Positions 46,478 to 56,994 of a stretch of DNA of 64,000 bases are shown one piece after another (position 1 is the first letter of the stretch; each line of letters opens with the position of its first letter). The position numbers and the translations under genes are program-made. Origin of the DNA: Sedimentisphaeraceae bacterium JB056 (lineage in GTDB: Bacteria > Planctomycetota > Phycisphaerae > Sedimentisphaerales > Sedimentisphaeraceae); contig JBITAJ010000011.1 in NCBI GenBank assembly GCA_044440125.1, positions 32,001-96,000 on the forward strand, given 5' to 3'. The notes under the pieces were generated by a model. The model did no database searches and was not told the origin of the DNA. It worked only from the letters and a program-made list of their open reading frames with translations.

Positions 46478-49400
46478 ATGAGAAAGCTTTTATTAGTAGC
46501 TGTTTTGGCAGGTATTGTCAATGCGGTATCAATACCGTTGAGTGATGCAATAAGCACTTCCGTTCCTACAGTAAATGGAGATGGTTTTTTTTGTGAGGTA
46601 TATTTAGGCAAAGGCGGAGGCACTCCATCGCCAACTGCCATCGAAGGCGTAACACCCAACGCCGACCTCCAGAGCCCCGTATTAAATTTCCCAAATCCGG
46701 GTGACACGGTTTCTGTTTCATCATCATTTCTGGCATTTTTCAATAATACGGTTTATGCCCCTGAATCGGTGCAAAGCCTTACGCCCTCTGGTTTTCTTCT
46801 CCGCTGTACAACAAACTTAAAAATAACTTCAGCACTTGACGAAAACCCTGCTACCCCTGAAATAGACATCTCTATACGTTCAGGCAGTGATGATGGACAT
46901 TATCTTGTCATAGGCAATCAGTTCCTCGGCAGCTCGCCGGATCATGGTTTCACATGGTACTCATACAGCCTTCAGTTTGAAGACGAAGGCCTTTATCCAT
47001 TTTATTTACTATACTCAGCAAACAACGCAGGAATATCCGGCCTCGAAGTTCAATGGGACACCGCTCTTTCCAGCGGATGGGTAGTTCTGCCGCAGGAATA
47101 CGCCTACCCTAACACTGGCGGCGGACAATGCGAACAAAAAGTATACTTTGATGAGCTGACAGAAGGCACTTCAGTTACAACCCAATACCAAAGCATGGGA
47201 GCTGTATTTGAAACTATCAGCGGCAACATAACCGCTACAGCAAGCAAACCTCTTGAATTCGTACCAGTAAGCGCAAGCAATGTTCTGGCCGACCCTGCAA
47301 CAGAACCCACAGAAGAAGGCATCGTCAAGATTTCTTTTGTAGACCCTTCAATCTCCAACCCCGCAACAACCAGCTACTTCTCAACCTATGTAATTGATGC
47401 GGAAGAAACAGGAGCCACTATAACAGCGTACGATCTCGAAGGCACAATACTTGTTCAGGAAACAATAGCGAATAAGGGAAGTGCCTCACAATACTTTACG
47501 GAGATAATCCAGACCGGAATATATGAAATAATTATTTCACTCGGAAGCGGGACAGACACAATCGCACTCGACAATATATGCTGGGCAACGCCGCAGGAAA
47601 TAATACTTCCCGACATCAGCGTATCCAACCTGTCATGTCCCGCTCAAGGTTGGGCAACTATGCCTATAGATATAAGCATAGACCTGGCAAACACAGGCAA
47701 CTCAAGCATCGCCGGCGACTGGACTATGAACTTCTACCTCTCAGACGATCAAATTTATGATTCAGAAACAGACACCTTATGTGACAGCATAACCGTCAGT
47801 AACACTCTGGCATCAGGAGCAAGCACCACGCTTAATGAACAAATCACGTTAGCCGATAATATCAGCGGCGATAAATGGCTGTTAGCCGTAGCTGACGAAA
47901 CCAACGCAATAACAGAATTCCCCGATACTGACAATAACATTGCGGTATCGACAGCCTTGATATCAACAGCAACAGATCACACTTATCCATACTTACTTTC
48001 TCAAGATCCTGAAGACCTTGTACACCCAGGTGTTACTGAGATTGAGATTGAATTTTCAGAAACAGTTTTCAACTTCACAAGCGATGATGTAACATTGCTT
48101 TCTCCAGATTCTCAAAATATCACAATCGACTCTATACAAAACACGGAATCAAACATTTGGGTAATTACGTTCGCCAGACAAACCGCTGTCGGCACATACA
48201 CACTAACCGTATCTTCCAATATTAATGATCAGGCAGGCAACACACTTGACGGCAATAATGATGGTACAAATGACGATGCGTATACAGGAACATTTGAGAT
48301 AACCGAAGACCCGATTCAGACAACACTCTTTAACTGGGTCGAATTCGGCAATCCGGCAAACGGTAACTGGACGGTTTCCACTGACGGCATGAGTGTATTC
48401 CAGAGTATTAACGGCAACCCGACTTTCTTTATAAGCGACTTTGAACTTACTGATTCAAGATTTGAAGGCACATTTAAAGTTGAAACAACAAGCGATGATG
48501 ATTATATAGGATTCGTTTTCGCCGTAAATGATACAGACGACAACCCCGCAACTCTCGAAAGCCCATTCTACCTCGTATCATGGAAGAAAAACGGACAATC
48601 TTCAAGCGGTTATGGCGAAGAAGGTATCAAGCTTATCAGAGTCGACGTGCCGGAAAGTTATAATTACTGGGACTGTGAAAGCGTAAACGGTGAAGTGCTC
48701 CATCAATTCGTAAACACCACGGCAGGATGGGTTAGCAATGTACTCTACACTTTCTCGCTATCCTATCAACCTGCAGAAGGAAACATAAGAGTAATCATAA
48801 CCCGTGAAAGTGACGGGTTTGAAATGTACAACTCCGGTCTCATACAGGATACAAGTCCTCTGGGAACCGGTCGGGTAGGTTTCTACAATTATTCCCAGCA
48901 AAGCGTAAGATACGCAGGTTTCACATCCGCCCTGCTAACACCTCCGGTTGCAGTACCTGGCAGCGGCTACGCATTCAGCTCCGAAACCGATACTATCAAT
49001 CTGGACGCTTCTGCAAGTTACGATCCTGACGAACCTGAATTGGGATTTGACGCAATATCTGAATTGCAATGGGATATAGGAAACGACGGTATTGACGATG
49101 ATACCGGACGAACTAACGCACTGCAGCCGCTGACACTCGCAGAAGCAGTAATTAAAGGTTTAGCCATAGGAAACGACCTTACTGTCGGATTGACAGTTTA
49201 TGACCTTGACGCTAAAAGCGGCTCGGCTACAACAACTGTAACTTATACCAACTTCGCACCAACCGCTGATGCCGGCGGCTCTGGTGATTACGGAACAATC
49301 GCTTATGACGGAACTGTCACCTTGCAGGGAACTGCTTCTGACCCTGACCTTGCCAATAGCGTAGGAGAGGTTCTTACATATGAATGGGATACATCCCCAG

Positions 49401-52400
49401 CTACATCTGCCTCCGAGATTGGTGACGGCTTCAGTCTTGAGCTTTCTCCGCAAGTAAGTCATTCTGAAATTCTTTCTTCCCTTGGCACACAAAGCGGAAC
49501 GATATATTTCAACGTAAAAGATTTGTCAGGATTGATTTCGTCCAGTTCTGCGACAATAGCTGTTGAAGTACCAAACATGGCTATATCCGCACCGAATATC
49601 TACGGGTACGCTTACGCAGGCAAACAGAGCATAGCAAGATATACGGTAGGAAATGCCGGCACATGTCCGGTTGAAGGCTCTTGGGTAGATTCTGTTTATC
49701 TCTCTGATGACAATGTCATTGGAGGCGATTCTCTGGCCGGTACACACAACTACAGCTTCCCGATAAATGTATCACAGTCATATTCAGGCGAAGTGACTTT
49801 CACTGTTCCTTCCGATACACCGGAAGGTCAAAAATGGCTGGTTATCAAAACCAACTCATCATCGAGTATAGTCGAAACCAGCTATACCGACAACACCCTT
49901 ATAGCCGGGCCTATAGAAATACGTCATGTACCGGTAATTGCCGATATGCCTAACGAAACAATAATAGCTCATCAATCATACGTAAGTGAGGTACCAACAC
50001 TTGAAGACGGTACTCCGCCGATAGAATGGTCTGCCGTAGCTATACCGACTTCTTCAGTAACAGTTGATTCTTCGACAGGACAGGTTTCATGGCCCGATCC
50101 TCTGCCTCGTCTCGAACCATATACAATTACAATAGCCGCACAAAACGATGGCGGCTTTGATGAAGAAAGCTGGCAGCTTACAGTAGTAACAACACCGGAA
50201 ATCAACCCGATAAGCACCTATACAATACCTACTGGCGTATCTTTCACATCCAATACTCCTTCACTCAGTGAAGCAACCGCTGTAACATGGACACTGGTAA
50301 GCGGACCATCTGGAATGACTATCAACTCATCAACTGGTCGTGTAACATGGCCGTCTCCGGTAAAAGACGCTTCACCATACACAGTTACAATATCAGCAAC
50401 GAACATCGCCGGAAGCGACACACAAAGCTTTGACATTATCGTAATGGACAAACCTGTGATAGCAGCAATAAGTGATGACAGCGTTGAAGAATGGACTACT
50501 TACACAAGAAACGACATCACTCTTACCGCAGGAAATGACACGACTGTAACATGGTCTCTCATAGACAGACCGGCAGGTATGCTGATCGACTCAATAACTG
50601 CGGCAATTTCATGGGCAAGCGCCATACCTTCAAACAGCAGCTACCGAGTAACCGTCAAAGCTCAGAATGATGCCAGATATGACACCGAAACATTCTATCT
50701 CACAGTCAATGCAAGCCCTGTGATAGCAGGCATAGGTGATGAAGCAATAAGCGGAGCAAGTCCTTATTCTAAAACACCTGTTCTCGTCAGAGGTGCATTG
50801 CCGATTACGTGGGCACTTGTAGATCCTCCGGCAAACATGACTATAGATTCATCGACTGGCATAATAAGCTGGCCTTCACCCGTAGTCTCAACAGATGCCT
50901 ATACAATAACTGTAACAGCAACCAACACAATCGGCTCTGATTCGGAACAATGGGACATATCCGTTCAGGATCCTCCTGCAATAGAAGCAATCGAAGACCA
51001 GAACGTCGGCGAAGGTGAATCTTTCAGCTATGCCCCTGGCCTTCTTTCAGGAACACTTCCGGTAAGCTGGACACTTGTACGAGGCCCATCGGGTCTGACT
51101 GTTGATAACTCAACCGGCGCAGTAAGCTGGGCAGCAGCCGTTGCCGGTGATCCGCACGAAGTAGTGATTCAGGCTCTCAATGAAGTTGGAAGTGACACTG
51201 AAACATTCTATATAAATGTCCCGATTCTATACTCGGCAAACATACAAACCGATACGGAAATAGCAACAGCAGGCACTCCGGTAACTCTCTATGGAAATGC
51301 TTATTGGATTGCTGACAGTTCACCGGCACCGGATGTACCGGTTCTTATAAGAATAATGCTCAAAGGCATGAAACGTACTGTCTCAGTCGTAACAGATTCA
51401 CTCGGAGAATTCAGCTACACATGGACACCGTTTGAAACAGAAGCAGGCCATTATACGATAGCAGCAGATCACCCATCAGTAACTCAGGACATCGTTAAAG
51501 ATGAATTCGACCTTTACGGCATGAGACTATCTCCTGTAGGGATGAGATACGGTCTTGATACAGATGAGGTCAAGTCGGGTACTGTTACAATAAGAAATCT
51601 CGGTGACCAGTCATTGACGGGAATCAGTTGTTCGGTGAACAACCCGTCAAGTGAACAGTTCGATATTCAAGTTACGAGCTGCACTGCGTCCCTAAACGGC
51701 TACGGCGTCGGTGAATTAAAATTCACCGTCAGCGGCAACACAGCAACTTCTTCACCATACACACCAAGTATAGACCTGACATGTGATCAGGGTGCAGACG
51801 CACAGCTTCAGTTTGAGATTATGGTATACGAACCCCAGCCTGTGCTTGAAGCTGATGTTGACAGTCTTGAAGGTGCGATGGTACGCGGCAATAAAAAGTA
51901 TGTTGAATTCACACTTACAAACAGTGGCGGTTCTGCAACAGGTCCGGTACAAGTTGTACTGCCCGCTACTGACTTCATGACACTTGTAACACCTGCGACA
52001 ATGCCGGCCATTGAACCGCATGAAACAGCAACCGTAACATTACAGCTTGAACCTGCCGAAGATGCACCTCTGAATATTAATACCGGCACAATAGCAGTCA
52101 ATGCAGGTAACGCAGGACTAACAATGCCTTACAGCTTTGAATGTGTCTCAGACCTGACAGGCGATCTGCTCATAGAAGCTACAGATGACTACACCTTCCA
52201 AACAGCAGAAGCACCTAAGCTCTTTGGAGCAAGTGTAACAGTAAAAGATCCTGCTGACGGCACAATCCTCTATAGCGGTGTAACGGACGCTTCCGGTGAG
52301 ATATTATTCCCTGATTTACCGGAAGCTTATTACTCAATCGAAGTTAAAGCAGATAACCACGGAACGTTTACTTCAACGATATTGACATCTGGCGGAGAAA

Positions 52401-55400
52401 CCACATTTATAAGTGCATTCCTGCCGCTTAATCTAATCACATACAACTGGACGGTACGTCCGACACAGATTGAGGATCACTACACCTTTACCGTACAGGC
52501 TGTATTCGAAACAAATGTTCCGGCTCCTGTAGTAACTGTAGCACCGGCTCTTACCGACCTCGAAAATATGGATGAAGCTGAAATACAGATCAACTACACT
52601 CTAACTAATAACGGTCTGATAACAGCAGATGAAACGGATATGATATTCGATTCAGGAGACTCCAACTACGAGTTCATACCGCTGGTTGATGAGATTGGAA
52701 GCATACCGGCAATGAGCTCAATAATCGTACCGGTACTGGTACGTGATCTCTCGCAGGTTGAACCTCTCACGCCTGAAGCAATATCTAAAGTAGAGGAAAA
52801 GAAAACGTCTCCTGCATCCAAAGAAATCAGCTGTTCGGTCAGCATACGTTCATACGTAGGATATACGTGGGAATGCGGCCCCGATCACAGACGTCACAAA
52901 GTACCGTTCTACTTCAAGTTCCCGGTTGTTGAATGCACCGGTGGAAGCACAATAAGCGGCGGTGATGTTTATGACATCTATGACGGCGGCGACGGTTGGG
53001 ATACTGGCGGCGGCGGTACGACATGGGGCGGCTCTGATGATGGATGGTATATCCCGCCGGTTTACATCCCGACAGGAACAAGCCACAACTTCAGCACCGA
53101 TGCATCATGCGATCCATGCATGGATAAAGTAGGCAAAGCATTACTGTCATGTGCCATAAGCTTCCTGCCACTCGACTGCCCTGCAACACTGGTTAAATCC
53201 ACAGCAGAATGTGCAAGCGACTGTTATTCCGGCTCAGCGTGGTCATGCGCAAAGAGCTGCGCAGGCGGCATGATATCCGTAGCCGCTTCTTGCGGAGGCG
53301 ATATCGCAAAGAAAGCTACGCCTATTGGATGGGTATGGAATATTTTCTGGTGTCTGTGGGATGTTGGAACGGCATGCCTTGATATGAGCTCGGATGCACT
53401 TGAAGCCGCTTACAGCTGCGGCTGTTACGACCCAGATATAAATAAGATGGGAGATATAGCCGTATCACTCTCCGAAATCACCGGAGAAGAAGTTCTTCTC
53501 AACGATTCCACTATAGATTATCTACTTGAAGAAGCAAGGACTCAGGCATCAAGAATAGAAGATATCTTCAACATGTATACGGTCATTCTCGGAAGTGAAG
53601 TATGGTTCAGCGGAACAGAAGATCAAACCGAAGGCGGTTATCTGATCGATTGGCTCCAGGCCTTCAGCATTGCTATGGAAGAAAGCAGCGACGATGGAGA
53701 ACTTATTAATCCAATAGAAGAGAGCGACTTGCTTGCAATGCCTCTTCCTTCATGGGTAGATATCAGCGATGCTCAGTATGCAATAATCAGATGGAACAAT
53801 ACCGTCTCTTATTGGCAGGCAGAGATCACCACACTTGAGCAGGTCCCAGACGGCATGAATACAAACTTCATTCCGTTCAATGAATTCAAGGATGCTTGTC
53901 AGGTTGGAACAGTTGCCCTCGAAGAACAACTGACAGAAGGCAACGAATATCTGCTTGAAGGCGGAACCAATGTTCACGATGATATACAGTATGAAGTTGA
54001 CAACCCCTCATCCGGAGTTTGCGCAAGAGTCAAGATAGAGATAGTACAGGAAGCTGTAATAAGCAGAAATGCTTTTGAAGCTGTTCTTGAACTCAGCAAT
54101 GATGGCGATGTAGACCCGCTTGAGAATGTCAACGTAACGGTCAAAGTGGTAGACAACAATGGGACAGATCAAACCGACCTGTTTGGAATACATCCGCCAG
54201 AGCTTACCGGAATTGATAGCGTCAGCGGCACAGGTACACTCTCTGCTTCAACCAACTGCTCGGCATTGTGGCTGATAGTACCTACTCAGGATGCCGCCCC
54301 GCTGGAACCGGTAGAGTATTTCGTTAAAGGTTCTCTCGAATATGATTTTGCGGGTGAACACGTAACGATACCGCTTTATCCGGCAAAGATCACCGTAATG
54401 CCTAACCCGAATCTCGTAGTGCATTATTTCCTTGAGAGGGAAGTCTACAGCGATGACCCGTTCACACCGGATCTCGTAGAACCGTCCATACCATTCTCTC
54501 TCGGTCTTATGATGAAAAATACAGGACAGGGTGATGCGTATGATGTTGAAATTACATCAAGCCAGCCTGAAGTTATAGAGAACGAAAAAGGTCTGCTTAT
54601 TGATTTCGAAATCATAGGCACTATAGTCGGCACTGAAACAGTCAGCCCATCACTCAAAGTAAATCTCGGCGACATTGGCCCAAGCGAAGTTGCCGTGGCA
54701 CAATGGCTGATGCTATGTTCACTTCAGGGTGAGTTCATAGATTATCAGGCTACTTTCGAACACATTGATGGATTGGGCAATCCTAATTTATCGCTTGTGG
54801 AAAGTGTTGATATACATGAAATGGAGCATGTTGTAATAGCTGATTACCCGAGTGATGATCAACTGCCCGATTTCCTTGTCAACGATGTCTATGACCAGAA
54901 TGATCTGCCTGATACACTTTACAACAGTAATGGCGAAAACTATGTTGTAGAAGCGGTTACTGACGCAGCCATTGATTCACAGGCATCGGCAGCCGATCTT
55001 GAGGTTGAGCTTTCAGTGCTTATGCCTCCTGAAGGATGGTGGTATATTCGGATTGACAACCCGATACCGGACAATCCCCAGCTCGTTCTTGAATCAGTTA
55101 CACGCCAGGACGGTAAAAGTCTACTGGTAACAGATAACGCATGGGTAACAAAGAAAATCAACCATAAGGAAAATGGAGATGAAGTAGAACACTATCTGCA
55201 TATATTTGATTATGGAGGACCGGGTATCTACACCATCACATACACTCTTAGCGATCAGATTAAACCTGTAGTAGAAGGCTATTCTGCCACGGATATCATT
55301 GAACCTGGCGATCAGGCAGTTGAAATTTCCGTAACTTATAGCGATGATGTTGCACTCGATGTTCTAAGTATAGATGATGATGATCTCGTTGTTACCAGTA

Positions 55401-56074
55401 ATGGCTTTGAAGGCCATCCTCTCTTTACAGAAACCGATCAGCTTGGCAACGGCACACCTCGAACTGGCTACTACAGCCTCGGTGCCCCGCCGGAAGGCTG
55501 GACAATGGACTACAATGGCACTTACACAATATCGCTTGCGGCAAGCGAAGTACGCGACTCCAGTTACAACTTCGCTAACGCAACAACTATAGGAACATTC
55601 GAAGTCGATATTCAGCCTCTTGATGACCCTAATATGACACTTGTTTCAAGTCAGAGAATATCAAGAACCGTTTTCGAGTACGAGTATTCATTATCGGTCG
55701 ACAACCTGACTCAGCGTAATTTCACAAATCAGCTTTGCACAATATACGGTCTGCCGGAAACAGCAATTATCGTAAGGGACAGCGCACTCTTCAGTTCAAT
55801 ACCGTCTCAACAGAGTACTACAGCACCGACTACGATAAAATTCCGTCTCGACCTTTCAACAAGCGTAGACTGGACTCAGATATACTTTGAGTATACAGAT
55901 TTCTATCCGGGTGATATTGATGGAAACGGCCAGACAGAAACCGATGACCTGATAATAATGTCAGGAAATTGGCTATTCGCCGGCAGTGAAGCCGATATTT
56001 ACCCAGCTCCGTATGGCGATGGTATAGTAGACATGAAAGACTTTGCCTTTATGGCATCGAATTGGCTTAACTGA
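46478..56074 (+). CDS. Giant secreted surface protein (PA14-like, CARDB, Ig-like, thrombospondin C-terminal, 5 putative-Ig repeats, carboxypeptidase-regulatory-like, Cys-rich region, C-terminal dockerin-like pair)
   Basis: 3198-aa ORF with a signal peptide; GSDDGH; PDISV..NTGN..FYLSDD; FEGTFKVETTSDDDYIGFVF; W.L..GPSGMTI.SSTG.V.W repeats; GDIDGNG..NWL / ADIYPAPYGDGIVDMKDFAFMASNWL. Confidence 0.88.
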   Translation: MRKLLLVAVLAGIVNAVSIPLSDAISTSVPTVNGDGFFCEVYLGKGGGTPSPTAIEGVTPNADLQSPVLNFPNPGDTVSVSSSFLAFFNNTVYAPESVQSLTPSGFLLRCTTNLKITSALDENPATPEIDISIRSGSDDGHYLVIGNQFLGSSPDHGFTWYSYSLQFEDEGLYPFYLLYSANNAGISGLEVQWDTALSSGWVVLPQEYAYPNTGGGQCEQKVYFDELTEGTSVTTQYQSMGAVFETISGNITATASKPLEFVPVSASNVLADPATEPTEEGIVKISFVDPSISNPATTSYFSTYVIDAEETGATITAYDLEGTILVQETIANKGSASQYFTEIIQTGIYEIIISLGSGTDTIALDNICWATPQEIILPDISVSNLSCPAQGWATMPIDISIDLANTGNSSIAGDWTMNFYLSDDQIYDSETDTLCDSITVSNTLASGASTTLNEQITLADNISGDKWLLAVADETNAITEFPDTDNNIAVSTALISTATDHTYPYLLSQDPEDLVHPGVTEIEIEFSETVFNFTSDDVTLLSPDSQNITIDSIQNTESNIWVITFARQTAVGTYTLTVSSNINDQAGNTLDGNNDGTNDDAYTGTFEITEDPIQTTLFNWVEFGNPANGNWTVSTDGMSVFQSINGNPTFFISDFELTDSRFEGTFKVETTSDDDYIGFVFAVNDTDDNPATLESPFYLVSWKKNGQSSSGYGEEGIKLIRVDVPESYNYWDCESVNGEVLHQFVNTTAGWVSNVLYTFSLSYQPAEGNIRVIITRESDGFEMYNSGLIQDTSPLGTGRVGFYNYSQQSVRYAGFTSALLTPPVAVPGSGYAFSSETDTINLDASASYDPDEPELGFDAISELQWDIGNDGIDDDTGRTNALQPLTLAEAVIKGLAIGNDLTVGLTVYDLDAKSGSATTTVTYTNFAPTADAGGSGDYGTIAYDGTVTLQGTASDPDLANSVGEVLTYEWDTSPATSASEIGDGFSLELSPQVSHSEILSSLGTQSGTIYFNVKDLSGLISSSSATIAVEVPNMAISAPNIYGYAYAGKQSIARYTVGNAGTCPVEGSWVDSVYLSDDNVIGGDSLAGTHNYSFPINVSQSYSGEVTFTVPSDTPEGQKWLVIKTNSSSSIVETSYTDNTLIAGPIEIRHVPVIADMPNETIIAHQSYVSEVPTLEDGTPPIEWSAVAIPTSSVTVDSSTGQVSWPDPLPRLEPYTITIAAQNDGGFDEESWQLTVVTTPEINPISTYTIPTGVSFTSNTPSLSEATAVTWTLVSGPSGMTINSSTGRVTWPSPVKDASPYTVTISATNIAGSDTQSFDIIVMDKPVIAAISDDSVEEWTTYTRNDITLTAGNDTTVTWSLIDRPAGMLIDSITAAISWASAIPSNSSYRVTVKAQNDARYDTETFYLTVNASPVIAGIGDEAISGASPYSKTPVLVRGALPITWALVDPPANMTIDSSTGIISWPSPVVSTDAYTITVTATNTIGSDSEQWDISVQDPPAIEAIEDQNVGEGESFSYAPGLLSGTLPVSWTLVRGPSGLTVDNSTGAVSWAAAVAGDPHEVVIQALNEVGSDTETFYINVPILYSANIQTDTEIATAGTPVTLYGNAYWIADSSPAPDVPVLIRIMLKGMKRTVSVVTDSLGEFSYTWTPFETEAGHYTIAADHPSVTQDIVKDEFDLYGMRLSPVGMRYGLDTDEVKSGTVTIRNLGDQSLTGISCSVNNPSSEQFDIQVTSCTASLNGYGVGELKFTVSGNTATSSPYTPSIDLTCDQGADAQLQFEIMVYEPQPVLEADVDSLEGAMVRGNKKYVEFTLTNSGGSATGPVQVVLPATDFMTLVTPATMPAIEPHETATVTLQLEPAEDAPLNINTGTIAVNAGNAGLTMPYSFECVSDLTGDLLIEATDDYTFQTAEAPKLFGASVTVKDPADGTILYSGVTDASGEILFPDLPEAYYSIEVKADNHGTFTSTILTSGGETTFISAFLPLNLITYNWTVRPTQIEDHYTFTVQAVFETNVPAPVVTVAPALTDLENMDEAEIQINYTLTNNGLITADETDMIFDSGDSNYEFIPLVDEIGSIPAMSSIIVPVLVRDLSQVEPLTPEAISKVEEKKTSPASKEISCSVSIRSYVGYTWECGPDHRRHKVPFYFKFPVVECTGGSTISGGDVYDIYDGGDGWDTGGGGTTWGGSDDGWYIPPVYIPTGTSHNFSTDASCDPCMDKVGKALLSCAISFLPLDCPATLVKSTAECASDCYSGSAWSCAKSCAGGMISVAASCGGDIAKKATPIGWVWNIFWCLWDVGTACLDMSSDALEAAYSCGCYDPDINKMGDIAVSLSEITGEEVLLNDSTIDYLLEEARTQASRIEDIFNMYTVILGSEVWFSGTEDQTEGGYLIDWLQAFSIAMEESSDDGELINPIEESDLLAMPLPSWVDISDAQYAIIRWNNTVSYWQAEITTLEQVPDGMNTNFIPFNEFKDACQVGTVALEEQLTEGNEYLLEGGTNVHDDIQYEVDNPSSGVCARVKIEIVQEAVISRNAFEAVLELSNDGDVDPLENVNVTVKVVDNNGTDQTDLFGIHPPELTGIDSVSGTGTLSASTNCSALWLIVPTQDAAPLEPVEYFVKGSLEYDFAGEHVTIPLYPAKITVMPNPNLVVHYFLEREVYSDDPFTPDLVEPSIPFSLGLMMKNTGQGDAYDVEITSSQPEVIENEKGLLIDFEIIGTIVGTETVSPSLKVNLGDIGPSEVAVAQWLMLCSLQGEFIDYQATFEHIDGLGNPNLSLVESVDIHEMEHVVIADYPSDDQLPDFLVNDVYDQNDLPDTLYNSNGENYVVEAVTDAAIDSQASAADLEVELSVLMPPEGWWYIRIDNPIPDNPQLVLESVTRQDGKSLLVTDNAWVTKKINHKENGDEVEHYLHIFDYGGPGIYTITYTLSDQIKPVVEGYSATDIIEPGDQAVEISVTYSDDVALDVLSIDDDDLVVTSNGFEGHPLFTETDQLGNGTPRTGYYSLGAPPEGWTMDYNGTYTISLAASEVRDSSYNFANATTIGTFEVDIQPLDDPNMTLVSSQRISRTVFEYEYSLSVDNLTQRNFTNQLCTIYGLPETAIIVRDSALFSSIPSQQSTTAPTTIKFRLDLSTSVDWTQIYFEYTDFYPGDIDGNGQTETDDLIIMSGNWLFAGSEADIYPAPYGDGIVDMKDFAFMASNWLN

Positions 56075-56096
56075 TAATATCACATAACATTAAACT

Positions 56097-56140
56097 GCGG
56101 CACTCTTAAGTTTACATGCTTAAGAGTGCCGCTTTTTTTT
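56097..56140 (+). terminator. Rho-independent terminator
   Basis: Perfect 14-bp stem GCGGCACTCTTAAG / CTTAAGAGTGCCGC followed by T8. Confidence 0.92.
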
Positions 56141-56480
56141 AGATCCGAGAGTATCAACCGCTCTGTCTTTCCGTTCATTCGTGCAATCACTTTCCACAAC
56201 AGATCTGAAACAAACCATTCAAGACAGAACTACAAACCAAATACTAACAAACACTTATATACAGAACCAAATATTCAGCCAAACCATCAAACCATCGCAA
56301 ATACAGAATTTATTTATATAAATATTCGTAGGATCAGGCAAAAAACAAGCAGAATCTATCTACCATAATCTGCGTCCCTAATGTATAATAGGAAATATTG
56401 ATAGCGGTGATTTGAGAAAGAGGCAACCACAGCAATCAAATTCCAATGGAGTAGAGTACTAATATCAGAAAGGAAAAATT

Positions 56481-56626
56481 ATGAAGAACTTTCAATTTTA
56501 CATGCCGACAGTGCCGCATTCCAAGTCGGCTACGAAAGCCCCTCTCAGTTCAGTCGTTAATACAGCAGGCTCTTTGGCAATTCACCTCTGCGAGATATAA
56601 CAAACCTGCGTCAAGCAACAGCGTAA
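56481..56626 (+). pseudogene. Deletion scar: start of an iron-containing alcohol dehydrogenase fused out of frame to the C-terminus of a YqhC-like AraC regulator with an internal stop
   Basis: MKNFQFYMPT (56481-56510, AAGGA SD). In another frame AAFQVGYESPSQFSR*YSRLFGNSPLRDITNLRQATA* (56513-56626). Confidence 0.78.
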
Positions 56627-56631
56627 AAAAT

Positions 56632-56994
56632 ATGTACTCAGATAACAAAGACATCAACACCCTATTTGCCAGACTGGCAAAATCTAAGTTTCGCAGCAGT
56701 TTCAGGCTCAAGGGCAGAGAGCTTGAATACGCCCACAACAAAGGACTTGATGTAATAGAAAGCCACGCAAGAGACTTCATCACCAACAGGCTTGCCCCCG
56801 CTATGCCGCCCAACGATGGAAAACAAACGCCCATGCGCAATCATCCTGTATTCATCGCACAACACGCAACCGCAACCTGCTGCAGAAGCTGCCTTGAGAA
56901 ATGGCACGGCATAAAAAAACACCAGCAACTGACAGATGACGAAATTAGCTACATAGTCAACGTAATAATGTGCTGGATAAGGGGAAACTCTTAG
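56632..56994 (+). CDS. DUF4186 family protein
   Basis: LAKSKFRSSFRL, RLAPAMPPNDGKQTPMRNHPVFIAQHATATCCRSCLEKWHGI. Confidence 0.9.
   Translation: MYSDNKDINTLFARLAKSKFRSSFRLKGRELEYAHNKGLDVIESHARDFITNRLAPAMPPNDGKQTPMRNHPVFIAQHATATCCRSCLEKWHGIKKHQQLTDDEISYIVNVIMCWIRGNS

Noticed and set aside
56126..56368. 80-aa ORF after the giant gene
   Set aside because: Starts inside the terminator, has low complexity, and has no SD or motifs.
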